Source: Octopus sinensis (taxonomy: Eukaryota). From it: DNA of 64,000 bases. The stretch spans positions 36,084,001 through 36,148,000 of the forward strand of contig NC_042999.1 of assembly GCF_006345805.1 (NCBI RefSeq), in the 5' to 3' direction. A model generated the notes under the pieces. The model ran no database searches and was not told the origin of the DNA. It saw nothing but the letters and a program-made list of their open reading frames with translations. Of this stretch, positions 25,792 to 40,239 are shown in pieces (the stretch's first letter is position 1; each line of letters begins with the position of its first letter). The position numbers were made by a program, and so were the translations under genes.

Positions 25792-27462
25792 CTGACAAGT
25801 GAAAAAAGATGGGACGCTGTGATGTACTTGAGCAATAGAAACAACCCACCACCCCATACACATACAAAAGAAGTTAAGAATAACAAGTGTTTGAAAGTCA
25901 AAGAGCGCACCCACTTTCTGCTCACAAACAAAGATGACTATGAATGCACATATACAGGCATATACAGGTTTATTTTCATTTAATGATGACAAGTACATTT
26001 CTGAAATAAAAATATAAACCTTGCTTTTCTCTCTCTCTCTCTCTCTTACACATTTTAACACTTCTACACTATACACCATGGAGTTCAGTTATCTTTCAAG
26101 ATATCTGAATATATTTAGATTCGAAACATTTCTTGATTTTAAGGAATCTTTAATTTATATCAGAAGTAATTAGTTGTCCATATACTCTCTCTCACACACA
26201 ATGTTTTTATGTTGAGTTATATATTAAAACAATATAACATTACACAGAAAAATTACCCAACACCTTTTAGTAGAGTAAATGTTTATTAAATCTTTACAAG
26301 AGGAGGGATGGCCATGACTTCATAGCTTCAGCCTGCTAGCCCCCATCAGACTGTATTGTGTGTGTGTGTGTGTGTGTTTGTGTTTGTATATTTTACATCA
26401 ATTTTTTTCCAAGCTAGCATGGGCAAGACAAATATAAATGCAGTACTGTTTGTATAGCTTGATGCCCTTCCTGTGACTAACCCTTACCTATTTTTCAAGC
26501 AACAGAAATCCATACCACCCTCCGTTCCCCATCTATGAAGGCACAAAGTAGGAGCCAATTCATTGGCAGGGAAATATCAACAAACATCACTGTTCGTAGC
26601 TCTCTGTGACTTTTCATTGCAAAGTGCAAACCATAAAAATTCCCACATACACACCATGCACACATACATTTACTGCTTCCAGTCATTGGACTGCTGCTGG
26701 ATTACAGCAGCAACACTACCTTTCCACTAACAACTTTAAATAACAGATGCATTGTGTCTACTACCTAGTTTAAGTCCTGAGATGCTACATACATAGACAA
26801 ACTTAAAGCAAAGTACCAACCTACTATTAGTGCTGCTCTATCGCCTTCCAGTTGTCACATCCCAGATGTTTTGCAAGGTCAAGGATAGGAGACCATCATC
26901 ATCGTTATCATCATTTAACATCTGTTTTCTATGTTGCCATGGGTTGGACAACTTGACAGGAGCTGGCAAGCCAGAAGACTGCACCAGGCTTCACTTCGCA
27001 CGGTCTTTATGACTGGATGCCCTTCCTAATGCCATGAGGACAATTAGATGCAACCAAACTATTGGATGCTGTCATACACAAGTGGTCATAATGTAATTTC
27101 TCACATGGTTGTTGCTTTTAAATGATACCACTCCACTGTTGGGTGGACAGCAAAATTACCCCTGAATAGCCCATCCAGGATTACCCATTTACAGCTAAGT
27201 GGACTGGAGCAATGTGAAATGAAGTGTTTTGTCCAACACAATGCACTGATAGACTACAAACTGAAACCACAATCTTGTGATTATGAGTACAAGAGTACAA
27301 CACCCTAACCACTAAGCCATGCACCTACACACCATACTAAATAGGTACCCAAAACAACTTGTGAAAGCATGATACATACTTGATTCTGAGTGATGACTAC
27401 ATAAATATAAACAACTAATATAGTCAAGATCATTTCAGAATCTGCACCAAGCAACTGTAGAT

Positions 27463-29495
27463 CAGTGGTTCCTAAATGTTGTGCCGCAGAATCACGTATG
27501 TATCATGCTTTCACAAGTTGTTTTAGGTACCTATGTAGTCATGGTGTAGGTGCGCTAGTGCACCACAAGAGGAATTGAAGTGCACTGCAGATTTTTCCAA
27601 AAAATAATTTAAAGCTTTAGAAAAAATTCATAACAATGTTTGAGCTTCTTGTAAAGCATGTTATTCCTAATTTTGTTATAAGGTATAATTAATAAAATAA
27701 GGTGAGCAAAGGTTTTCTCACATTTTTTTTTCTTTAAAATTTTTCACTTCAAAATATTCTCTTAATCTTCATAAGTTTTACCAGTAATTTTTGGTTTGAT
27801 CTTCAGTCTACTACAAAATCTATACGACTAAAAACCCACTGTGGTAAAGAATAATACCTACTATGGTAGATATTATTCTTTACAGTGATTTTTCATTTTT
27901 ATAAAAATTCACACTAGGTGAACAACTGATAGCTGCAACAGTACATCTTATTTTTTTTCTCTCTAGCCCATAGAACAATAACTGCAGTTGACAGTAGCTA
28001 TAAATTGGAACTAACATTGCAATTCCTTTTTAATTATTTACTATTATTTTTTTTTCAAAGAACATTAATAGTTTATAATTCCTTCAGGACAAGATATTCA
28101 ATATATTAAATATAGATTCTCCAACTCCCATCATGATATCATGTCTCAAAGGAGGACAACTCTTCACTGGTATTTACAATCTTCCACCACGTATATCTGA
28201 TTTAACTGCTGGCTGTTTATATTAGTAACCCAGCATAATCACTATATTAATTATCATTCATCAGACAATTTTGAAAGTATATCCTTCAGTGGGAAGTGAT
28301 ATAATAGTCACTGATACATATTAAGCTGGTGGTATTGTATGAACTAAAGACTGAATTCAAACCTGTTATTATCACAGACCAAATGTATTGTTACAAAGAT
28401 ATATTTATTCAATGTGTGAAAACCTTAACTATCCTTTCACACACTTAGTCTTTAATAATTTACAGTGATTTTTAGAGTTGTTTGGCAGAATATGTAAAAA
28501 GAATATTCAGGTATAGGGAACAGTATATTGTCTGTTATTTCAATGTCATTGTTATACAACCTACCAAGTGTTTGCCTCCATGTTTAGGCCTAAGATCTAC
28601 TTATACCTCAACAAACCATTTTTCATATCAATAGTTGTATTTTGTATTTGAATCAAGTCTATTTCCTAGTTGGCCTTCTCTAAGCACACCTCATAAGATA
28701 GCAGCCAATCAAATTAAATGTTTGATCATGGTAGAATTAGGAAGTTAAACTACTGGTCACACTAACTTTCTCTTACAATCATTTTATAGCAAGCAACCGT
28801 AAGTGAAGCCAGATTTTTCTTTTTGCTTTACTTTGCTCCAACTGACTTAAAAGAAAAATAGGCCCCACTTCTAATTTGTGGTCAAGTGGTCACCAATTAC
28901 AAAGTCAACTATGAAATCAGTTCCCAGAATGTTAAGCAAATGTAAAAAATTTGTAAAAATCACAGCATGGAATTGTAAAAAGACATCAATGAAAACATTT
29001 ATGCAAAACAAATTTTGAGAACAGGTCATTTTTACTTTCAAATGCTGATTCTGAATGATTAACCCTTTGGCATTTAGATCGGCCACATCCAGCCCAAATA
29101 TTTTGTTTTAAGATCAAACTGATCAGATCCAGCCTTTCACACCAATCCAACAACATCTTTCAAGAATAAATAACAGCATCATGGAAATCTTGAAGCTATG
29201 TGGTAAAGCATTATTAATTCAAAACAATGTGAATAAATAAGCATCACATTTAACAGAAAAATCTGAATGCTAAAGAGCTAAAGAAAATTTCTTCGCCTTT
29301 AGTCGTTGTCCAATGCTAAGTCAGCTCTGATCAAAAGTATTACAGCCACAACCCTCTATACCTTTTTACTATCAAGGACGTCTTTTATTTAAATAAGTTT
29401 TCCCACGGGCCCCCAGGATATTGAAAGGTCCGTCAACTTAACATGCTGATGGATCCCCAGTACTACCTTTGTGGACCACAGGTTGGGAATCACTG
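27463..29495. mobile_element. Probable decayed hAT (Charlie-like) element of about 2 kb
   Basis: Left end CAGTGGTTCCTAA, right end reverse complement CAGTGATTCCCAA. 8-bp flanks ctgtagat and ctctatat (6/8). Weak minus-strand SYEVCLEKA remnant near 28690. Confidence 0.42.
29063..29277. mobile_element. Family-1 MITE
   Basis: TTAA|CCCTTTGGC start, gctaaagagctaa end, family internal motifs. Confidence 0.78.
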
Positions 29496-30559
29496 CTCTA
29501 TATCATTGTTTACCAGAGACTATTCTGTCTGATGTGTCTTTCCATTTTTGAACATTATAATGTTAATTTGAAGGTGACTTGGATTTCAGTTGCAGTTGTG
29601 GATAGGGAAGTTGTTTTTTTTTTGCATTTATGGACAGCATCTAGCCTGTGTGTTAAACATTAAATAAAATGCTTATCAAGACTTTCTTCCCAGTCTAATA
29701 CTGAGAGACATAATAGGAAAATGTGAGACTAAATATTATACAAAGTGTAAGGAGAGAAGGCCAGTCCTAGCAGCAGAAGAGCTCAGAAACTGAGGAAATT
29801 AGACCCGAGGCATGAATTACTGTGACAAAGACAGCTATGAGATTACAGCAATGAAAATGAATGGCATGAATTGTGCAAAAAGAAATATCTCTTGGCTGAG
29901 ACTGGTTGAATATTAGGAGCAATGCTGCTACCTTTAATCTAATGTGGTTAAATCTAATTTTAAAAAAGAAACCAAAACTATTGTCAGATTGACACAACCG
30001 AAGAAGCAATTCCTGCAAGTGAAATAAATATCTTCACCAGAAGTATGATGAGGAGTTGATCTATGAATAATGATATTTCAGAGGATTGTAGCAAAAAGTG
30101 AAGATATCTGTTGCAAAGCAAAAAAAATGAGATAATAAAGAGATTATAATGCACAGAAAGTACAAATACAACTGTTATATATCTCCCTGCTACACATACA
30201 TAAGAAATTAAAAATTAAGAATGAAGTTAGACAAGGCTATGTGCTACCCTCTATCCTTTTTAAACTAAGAGAAACAGTATATGACAAGAAATGTCCTATA
30301 GAATGGAAATGACTGTAATGAAAACACAATGGTATTTACTTTGAAACAACAATCACTAAAAATAAATATTAAATTCTAGGGAAAGTTAATTGGACAGTGA
30401 GCAAAGATAATATACTTGGGATATATATGTATATTCAAAAAAAAAAAAAAGAAAGAAAGAAAAAAAAAAAAAGAAGCAAAAATCAAAAGAAGGATTGAGA
30501 AAGCTAGAAAGTAAATTTCAAAAATGTCAAACAAACTAATTTCAAGAAAGATTAATACT

Positions 30560-30930
30560 GAAACTAGGAAGTCATTATTGAATGTTATTTATAGTCCGCT
30601 CCATGGACCTGAAACATGAATATAACAACATTTTTATGAAATACATTACACCTCTTCAAGCTGTGTGCAAACAACTTCTGAGAATATTGTAGGCTAGACA
30701 CAACGAATGATGAAGTACTAAAAAACAAAAACTATGAAAATTTTAGCAGATACCATCAAAGAGAGAGAAAGCTAAAATATTTTGGACAATCAGAAAAAGT
30801 GGTTCACAATGACAGTTAAAAAAAAGCAAAAAGAAAGGAAAAAAAACAGAACCACAAATAATGTTGAATAACAAGAAGAACTGGATAAACTTAAAATACA
30901 TAAGAGACAAAGATGGCAATTCATGGAGTT
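30560..30930 (+). mobile_element. Decayed RTE LINE ORF fragment
   Basis: Translates to RTE-like motifs TRKSLL..LHGPET*, TTNDEVL and RERKLKYFG, with stops and frameshifts. Confidence 0.6.
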
Positions 30931-31002
30931 CTACCTGCTGAAAGAGAATGATACTTGGATGATACACTTACACCTACAGAAAAAAATAATCTCTCAGATA
31001 TA

Positions 31003-31948
31003 CAATGGTTGGACAAAACAATGGAAACATCACTTTCCATTTAACTATTTTTTCTATTGGCCATATAACAAATCCAAAACAGTTCAAGTTTGTGTATATG
31101 TATTCATATGCATTACACAAGCCTTGTACTTCATGATATAGCCTTCTCTTTTTTGCAACTATTTATATTTAAATGAGTAAAAATGCTGACCAATCTGATT
31201 TCCAAAGGACTACTTATAGAGGCATGGTTGGAGCTTCAGTTACTAAAACTGCTAAACTGTTTAATGTTTTGAGAGGTACAGTCTCCAAAATCATGTTGGT
31301 ATTCCAAAACCAAGGTAAGCATAGTTTTGGTCAGAAGGCAAAGCTCTGGGAGACTGCAAAATAAGGAAATGTCAAAAAACTATCGAACTATAGTATCAAA
31401 AGTGGCGTTAAGGCTAAGCTTTGCCAACGTTGTATCAACCAAAAACTGTTTGTTGCAAGCTCCATAAAGCTGGATACCATGAGAAAGCTGCAATTGCTAA
31501 ACCATTCCTGTTTCCCATCAACATTGGTCAATGGAAAAAATGGAGTTTAGATTGTTATAAGTGGTGAAAGGCTTAATAGAATAATGTCATCATCTCTGAT
31601 AAACTATCATTCACCCTTTTCAGATCTACAAGACAAGTTTATGTTTAGAGACAACCCAAAGAACCCTTCTATTATTATTATTTTCCCCAGATATGTTTTT
31701 GCAGACATTCCCTACATTTATGGAGCACTTTGAAGTGGATGTGAGGAGTTGTTTCCTTGCACCATTGCCACTGAAAGAGCTAAAGCAGATTTTACTTGAA
31801 CAGTGGCTAAAAATACCCTAAAACTAACTGTTCAGAACCTGACAATTCTTTGACATATTAAAGCTGCAATTCATGCCAAAGGAAGACCACTCTGAAATAA
31901 TAAAACCTCCATTTAACAAGGTGTTTCCATTATTTTGTCCAACACCAG
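31003..31948 (+). mobile_element. Tc1/mariner remnant with TIRs and a decayed transposase
   Basis: TA-flanked TIRs (25/31 identity including TA): tacaatggttggacaaaacaatggaaacatc versus reverse complement tactggtgttggacaaaataatggaaacacc. Fragments GASVTKTAKLFNVLRGTVSKIM (HTH), LHKAGYHEKAAIAKP and SDKLSFTLF (first DDE aspartate region). Confidence 0.85.
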
Positions 31949-34169
31949 TACAATTACAAAACACAGTGATACCAAGTCATTATGAAACATAAATGCCAGA
32001 CAATACTACAATAGTTATTTTCCTTCAACTCACTATATGGCTCCACAATGACAACCTCTTTTCTAAGCAATATAAAAGACCCTCCCAACTTAATATTCTT
32101 GATTTTATCAGAATCAGGACAATATTTTCCCAAGATTTATATCAGACAAATATTGCACTGCAGATAAAAACAATGATCATAACAATGACAACAACAACAA
32201 GGCAGTGGGATATTATTAGACTTCTAGCTTGATTCATATAGCTAATTAGTATCACACTATTAACTAATAATGCACACACTTTATTAATTTCTTTATAAAC
32301 TAACACCTCTGATTACTAAGTCAATTTTCTCATTATTCTTGCTTCTAGCACTTCCCAACTGGCCAACTCTATTAAATGCATAATTTGAGAGAGAGAGAGA
32401 GAGAGTGTGTGTGTGAAGGTAAACAGTAAGAAGTTAGGGAGTAGGATTCAATCATAAGTTTGTGGGTGATATTTCTGGGCAAAGCTGCACATCATGCCCT
32501 TGAGCAAGGTACTTCATTTCACATTGCTCTAGTTTATTCAGCTAAAATGAGTACTAGCCAAGTGGTGCTAGTACAACCCTCTCCTCCAACAATCGTCAAA
32601 TCTTAGGTTATATAGTTTGCTTGTCTGCACCTAAAACAATTAACAAAAGCATGGCATATACCACCACACATACTAAATTGCAAGCAACAGATATGGTTTA
32701 TATTGCCATCACCATTATCTCTACATCCAATTTTCCATGCTCACATGGGTCAGGTACAATTTTTGTTGAGCCAAACTTTCTATGGCCAGATGTCCTTCCT
32801 GTCCCCAGGCGTCAGCTCTTTCCAAGTAAGGGAGTGTTTGTCCAGGATAGGACTACACAGCCACAGCAGGAAATGTATCAGGACATGAAATGTAAAAGCC
32901 GGACTAGATTACTTTATGCGCAACTCCATTGTCTCCCGAGACAAAAAGGATGCCAACCAATATTTCCTTATGACCAGATATGTCTCAAAGAAGAGTGTGA
33001 ACAAAGGATACTGCCTACATGACAGAGAGAGATTCATTTACAACTATCACCCAATGCCAAGACAAGGAGACACTAACACACATATTACATGATGGACGAC
33101 TTCTCAATCATAACACCAAAGGTGGACAGGAACAGCTTTACCTCAATCCTACTCGACCATTTCCATTGTGGTTACAACCAGAACATACAGAAAGATAATT
33201 AACTATCTGGACCTGCTGGAATTGGCAGCCAAATATCTTCATCATACCACACTATACTGTCTTGGAGAAGCAAAGACATATTAGATAATGCAACACTACA
33301 AACAATGATGGGCATAGGTGAAATGTTTTTTGATTACAGTCTATCTGATCAGGGCTGATCTGAGGCAAAACAACACCAACAAGAAGGAACAGGATAGTGG
33401 AGAAATAACCTAAATTGCAACCAAAGCACTTCATATTATGAACTATTTGCTATCAGAGTGTGCAGTGAAGTCTACGTCACCTAGGATAAAGTATTGGAAC
33501 TGTGGATCACAACTATTTTATCACCTATCTACATGCATTAGATCTGACTGAGCAGAGCTGAATGGGGATACACAGCATTAACAACCATACCACATGATAT
33601 TGGGTTTCACACATAACCATTTATGTGTGGGTGAAAGTGAAAGAAAAGAGAAGAGTTAGGGTGACAGTGAGAAGGATTGGTAGGCCAAGAGAGTAGGGAA
33701 GATCAAATTTTCTTTGGTGAAGGGAACCATCAAAGTACTAATCTTATTTTGGAGAACTAAAATGTACCTATAAACAGCACTATACAAGGCAAACACTAAA
33801 CCCAAGCAAGGGAACAGAATATTGTACAAAGAATATTTATACTGACTTAATGTTTGCATGAATGTCTAGGCATGTGTGAGGTGCATGTGTATATACATAT
33901 GCTTGCATGTACATACTTGCTCCATTAAGAAGCAAGATTTGAAAGGATTTTAGGAGTGCTTTATTTCCTTTCATAGATTCATAGACCTTCTTCCGTTTCT
34001 CAAGTCAAACACCAAACCAAATATATTAAATGGATCTTGATGTAAGAAATGTATCTGAGAAATCTCATGGCAAGAGTTGGAAGACTCTCATTGGAGGATT
34101 AAGGACTTTGGGCTTGTAACCATATTTAAACAAAATGGAATAATAATAATAATAAAAAGTTCAGCTTAC

Positions 34170-34318
34170 CTTCGTGGAAATCCATGTGTCGGTTGATATC
34201 GGAGTAGGAAAGGAAATCTTTGCCACAAAAGATGCACCTGTACACAGCTCGTCCATCGGGCAGTAGAGTGGGCTTGCAAACCTTTTCTCTGTCAACAGGA
34301 GAATTCACAACATGTAAC
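34170..34318 (-). CDS. Zinc-finger gene exon (ZF9)
   Basis: Acceptor ccttttccag|G TTA CAT (phase 2 completes AGG). Encodes YRCIFCGKDFLSYSDINRHMDFHE. Donor GAA G|gtaagc (phase 1). 149 nt. Confidence 0.93.
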
Positions 34319-35821
34319 CTGGAAAAGGTATCAAGATATTAGGCCAGAAAAACATTCTACTTCTGGCCTGCAAGAACTGAACAACTTGATACCTAGAGTA
34401 CGGTGAGCACATGAGAAGAACAGGCAAGTAAGCGAGCAAGCAGTTAGAAAGTTAGAAGCAAAGCTTTGTCAAGAGACCATTTGAAGCACACCAAACTTGA
34501 ATAACAGCGTGAACAAAACAATATTTTACAAACACTACAAACATAAGTTAATAAGGTGTTTTCATGCCCTATTCATTTGTGAATGTGAGAGAGAGAGAGA
34601 GAGAGGGAGAGAGAGAGAGAGAGAGATTGAGCAAGCATGTATTTGAGTATTGGCATATTTACAAGCATGTGTGTGTATGTATGTTATCTCCTTATTTTCA
34701 TGTCATATACCAGCCTGGTGCTATAATGATGTAATGAGCTACTGCTCTCTATCTCAGAGGGCAGCAGAGACAGGGAACACTTGGTGTTGATGAGGGAAAA
34801 GGGAACTATTTCATTTCCGGTAGCTTTCGGAATTTAAAGCTCACTCTTCTTATTTGGAGTAGCAAACAGGTGGGATTCTTAATTTTGTACTTATTTTTTT
34901 GTGAGCACCAGACAGGCTCTAGGGCACGAAAATAATATTTTGTTATTTTCCTAAAATACAACAGAAAGTAAGGTTTTTTTTTTTTACAATGGCAAGGGAA
35001 AAGTAGTTGCATGGCTGAAGAAAGCGAAAATGGTAATAAAACCACAAAGAGTGCAAGATGCCACAAGTTTTATACCACTTTATCTAGAAAGGGATGCACT
35101 GGTTTTGTGCCTAGAGATGAGTAATGAAGCCTAGACACAGGGGAAACCAAAACCAAGAAAGTTGGTGGGAGGGGATGAACTGGCAGGATTTATCGAGAAT
35201 GGGTTGAAAAGAGTGGTTAAACTAGGTTTCATGACTATCTTTTCTGATCATATTTCAGTAAGGCTGCAGTTGTTGAGACCATGATTGTGAGAAGTTTAAT
35301 GATTTAATGATTAAGGTTAGGATAGGACATAATGAAGCAGCAAGCTTTGAGAAGTGAGGGACCGAGTGGTGTAAGAAGTCATGTGTGAATGTTCAAGGGA
35401 CAGTGCTTTTAGATGTTGACCGATCATGTCTGGTCAGGTATCATAAAGAACCCAAGTCTAAATTGTTCAAGCTATTGATGTGAGCAGGCAGGTCATATAG
35501 CAAGCTATTATAATCAGAGAAATAATTGAAGGCGTGTGGAGCAATAGTGTCAGTAGTTATTTCATCAGCTGAGTAGATACACTCCTATAATCACTATCTG
35601 TTGTGTAAAGTTCTAGTGCGCATGAAGAGCAGGAGCCTTCATTGATACAGGTTGCACAACCACAATAGTGACTCTGAGGCTGATGGGTGGCTAAAGTTGA
35701 AGGAGTAGTGTAGTAGCAGTCAATGTAAGAGAGTTAAATGTAGATATACATGTAGAGTTAGCAGTATGTAGAACATAACCGAACGAACAGGTTTTTGTAA
35801 TTCACTGCACTGTTGATAAAG

Positions 35822-36160
35822 GTGCATGGCTCAGTGGTTAGAGCATCGGGCTCACAATCATGAGGTAGTGAGTTCAATTCTCAGATCAGGTTGTGTGGTG
35901 TGTTCTTGAACAAAACTCTTTATTTTACACAGCTACAGTCCACTCAGCTGTAGATATGAGTTACAACATCACTAGTGCCAAGTTGTATCAACCTTTGCCT
36001 TTTCCTTGGATAAAATCAGTGAAGAGGAGAGGTTGGTATACATGGGCAACTGTTGGTCTTCCATAAACAACCTTGTCTGGACTTGGGCCTTGGAGGTTAA
36101 CTTTCTAGGTGCAATCCCATGGTCATTCATGACCAAAGGATGTTTTAACCCTTTACCTTT
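35822..36160 (+). mobile_element. tRNA-derived SINE, family C
   Basis: tggctcagtggttagagc...gagttcaattc head with the same body and tail. Confidence 0.82.
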
Positions 36161-36369
36161 TACACTGTTGATATAGAGTGACGTGATCAATGAACATAAG
36201 CTAGAGTGTTTGCTACGAGAATATATACCAAAAAATAGGGAGTGTTGAACTACTAAAGTGAGCTCTGGAAAAATAAATGTCTCCTGTAAGATTCAAGATA
36301 AAGATTTCTATGCAGAGTTTGATGGCAAGCAATGGGCAGTTGAATGCTCTTGGAGAGGAGAGTGTATGG

Positions 36370-36700
36370 TATTGTCTCATCTCATCTCATCTTCTTCACC
36401 CACTTAATTCTGGAAGGGCCATGTGGACAGAGTCCACAAGCATGCCTTCCATCAGGTCCAGTCAAAAGCAACTATATCCATTTGATCTGGCTGGATCCTC
36501 TAGTGAGACCCAGTGAGCTCATGGATGTCATCCAACCAACTTGCTCATGGTCTACCCATGGGTCTCCTGCTAATTGGTTTTACCGGTAAATCTCTCCAGC
36601 AATTCTCTTGCCAAGACATTCTTACCACACATCCATAGTATCAGAGATGTGATCTCACAATTTGGAGATGCAGTGGCTCTATCTGGAGCCACTCCATGAT
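36370..36700 (-). mobile_element. Decayed RTE LINE 3' fragment
   Basis: Minus strand reads RYYGCVVRM...RRPMGRP*ASWLDDI, a pattern like RWYGHV..RM...RPRGRP..RW.D. Confidence 0.65.
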
Positions 36701-36869
36701 CTTTGAATTATGCACTGTAGTATTGAAGAATAAAATTAAATGTTATGAGTGTTCTTTAGAGGAGATGACTTGGGCAAATTCTTTCTGCTCCAGCCCCAGG
36801 TTGAGCAAGGTAAGAATTTGGTAGATGGAAATTGAAAGAAGCTTGCCTGTCTATCTATCGCCCCTCTCT

Positions 36870-37028
36870 TGATGGGTTTTAGCTGAACAAATCAACCCAG
36901 AACTTATTTTCTTAAAACCTAGTCCTTATTCTATTGGTCACTTTTGCCAAACCACTAAGTTACAGGGACGTAAACACACCAACATTGGTTGTCAAGCGGT
37001 GATGGGATGACAAACACAGACAAAGACA

Positions 37029-37102
<74 letters not shown>

Positions 37103-37260
37103 GATGGGCTTCTTTCAGTTTCCATCCACCAAATCCACTCACAAGGCTTTGTGATCAGCCCAAAGCTATAGCAGAAGACGTTTGCCCAAGGTGCCATGCA
37201 GTGGGACTGAACCTGGAACCATATGGTAAGGAAGCAAGCTTCTTGCCACACAACCACACT
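36870..37260 (-). mobile_element. SINE family B with an expanded internal (CA)n(TA)n
   Basis: Reverse complement of the 19071 element, with about 75 bp of microsatellite at the homologous internal position. Confidence 0.82.
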
Positions 37261-38499
37261 TGTATGTGTGTGCGAATGTTTAACTACAGTGTTGCACCTA
37301 CAAACAGTGATCACCACTGTTTTTGACTGGGTTGCAACTGGTTTGCAAATGTTTGTTGGCATTTGCTGTCAACAAATCGTCCACAAGCTTTGTATTTACA
37401 GATTCTACTGGAAAAAAAAATCCTTTTTGTTGAAAGCAGTTAAGAGTTAGTGACAGGAGGTACACCTGACCATAAAAATCCTGCTACAACTCCTTAACAT
37501 ATAAACCATTTTAGCATGGAAAAAACAGACACTAAATGCAAGAGATGTGGTGTGCTATTCTTGATTTCAAGATCATATAATTAAAATATGGCACTAATTT
37601 ATTTACAATGCATACATAGAAATAAAGGAAAAGAAAGAAAGAAAGGCAGTAAGATAGAAGGTAGAATAAAGATTTAAAGCCAAGATTACTATACTGATCA
37701 AAACATATTAGAAGAGACAGACATTATTGCAAGACAACGCAGAGACGTAATATAATGTTAATTCAATCAAATAAGTTGAAATGTTTAATGAAACAAATAA
37801 CAAAAAGTAGCAGCACAACAGCAGAGGAATTCATAAACATAGATAATATAGTTATTGCTGCAATTATGTAAAATAAGCAGCACATTTTTCCAACAGTTTC
37901 CTCATGGAAAACTTTCACAAATATACACAACCTCAAACAAATGAATGCTCGTAAATATGCATATACACAAATACACGCTTGCGCAATCTCTCTCTCTCTC
38001 TCTCTCTCGGCACAAATGAATGCTTAACATGAAGAAATATATGCTCACACACATACATGCAAGAATAAGTGACTTACATTCAGAAAAGAAAGACACATGA
38101 CTAACAGGGTTTCAACTTAAAACCCATAAAAAACCGAAGACAACTTCCCATGCCCTACTAAATCAGTGAACACAATAATCAAAATATTTCAGATTTCCAG
38201 AATAAGGATACTGCATACATAAGGATACAATATCTTCTACTATAATGGTTGTCAACTTTATTCTATTATATTTTAGTTATAGGGAAGATAGTACCCATGA
38301 CCTATTACAGGGCCTCTGAGAGAACAGGTATCCTCAAACTGGATACCTGACTCAAATGCTTGCAGCAGAGTGAATTCTGCTAAAGGTACCAATATCCTAA
38401 TGATGGTGTTAAAGCAAGTGACAGGTTAAGTCTACCAACCAAACATGCCATGGTGGGATTTGAACTAAGAACCAGAACAAATACGGGAAAACATCCAGT

Positions 38500-38700
38500 C
38501 CAACATTTCTACAGTTCTCTTCCACTAATCAACTGCCTTGGATTTGTACTACTTTTTTATGATCCTGAAAAGGATGAAAAAGGATGGAAAGCAAAGCTGA
38601 TCTCAGCAGAATTTGAGCTGGTAATGCAGAGAATCAGAAGGAATACAGCAGAGCATTCTGTCCTACACTCAAACGACTCTGCCAATTCACTGCCTTTGAA
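38500..38700 (-). mobile_element. (ATT)n-tailed SINE fragments
   Basis: gatcctgaaaaggatgaaa...gatctcagcagaatttgagc...gactctgccaattcactgcctt. Confidence 0.6.
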
Positions 38701-39843
38701 ACCAGAACCACGATTAACTTACTTTGGTGATAACATTACAAATAATTATGTAGCAAGGAAATTAGTAAAAAAATTTAAATAGAGAAGGAAGAGCATTCAT
38801 CAATCACTCTAGTCTCCAAAATATTCAAACTAATTAGCAATACACTATGTAAATCAGTCAAACTGTTGCCTCCTTCAAAATGACTCCACTTTCTGTCTTT
38901 AAACAAACCACATTTTCCAGCTTTGGTTTCATGTTGTTAAACAGTTGAGAGAGACAAATCTAAATCTAGATAAGATACCAGTCTTACACAATATCTTCAG
39001 AAATTCTGGTACCTACTCCTGATGGAACTCCAGCATATAAACTTAAGTGTTCTGTCTAAATGCCTAGAAAAGTACTTACGATGGATTTAAACTCAAAATC
39101 TACAAGCTGATAGTCCTATACTTTATCCATTCAGGTATTCTGCCCCAATCTATATTTATTCACATGACAGGATAAACAGTAAACAGGAATAACTGTGGGA
39201 GTATTTTAGAGAAGACAAGTGCCTGGTGAATCAAGTCTCTAACCTGGTTTTCACATATTAAAGAAATCTGATTATCATAAGAATTCACTGATGACTAGGA
39301 AGACAAAACTACATACGCAGTCTAAACTTCCTCTTCATGAGGATAAGATACTTTAGCCCTAAATAGTCATTGAACTATCTACAAAATTTCAGTGTGAACT
39401 CCATCAAAGTACTGCCCACATATCAGGGTCTGTACTGCTGCTACACATGCAACATCTCAAAGCTATTAAAGCCGACTTGACACAGTCACTTAACTTGTAA
39501 GGAATAGAAACCAGGTCTTTTCTAAGTCACGCTTTGCTTTTTTTTTTTTTTGTCTTAAAGGACACATCACTGAGTAACACAGGTTTAGATACACTTGTCT
39601 GAAAATAAAATGGGATGGTTACAGCTGAAACATCCTTAATCATAGGTCCACTTGTGCAGGGATGATCTGGGACTAAGCAAACATTCTAAATACCCGTCAC
39701 CCAACAACTAATTGGCAAAAATATATCCACCAATCTACTACAACTACTATTGCATAAATGATATGTTATTTCTTCACAATTTGCTTTTCTGCTGTTAACA
39801 GTTTCTATTTCTCTGACATTTAATCTGACTCTCTTGACTACAG

Positions 39844-40184
39844 TAAAGGATAAAGACCCCCCCCCCTTCGGTTATGAATGACCATGGAATTGCACCTAGA
39901 AAATTAACCTCCAAGGCACAAGTCCAGGCAAGGTTGTTTATGGAAGACCAGCAGTTGTCTATGCATACCAGCCTCCCCTCTCCACGTCACCAATGTTATC
40001 CAAGGGAAAGGCAAAGGTTGATACAGCTTGGCACCAGTGATGTTGCAACTCATTTCTACAGCTGAGTGAACTGGTGGAACATGAAATAAAGTGTCTTGCT
40101 CAAGAACATAACAAACAGCCCGGCCAAGGAATCAAACTCATGTCATGATTGTGAGCCCAACACTGTAACCACTGAACCATGTGC
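39844..40184 (-). mobile_element. tRNA-derived SINE, family C (inverted)
   Basis: Reverse-complement match to 35822-36160 across the full length. Confidence 0.82.
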
Positions 40185-40239
40185 CTTCATTCTTTTACCC
40201 TCCAGGGAAGGGCTGCAAGAGCCAGGTAAATTCCCTAAC

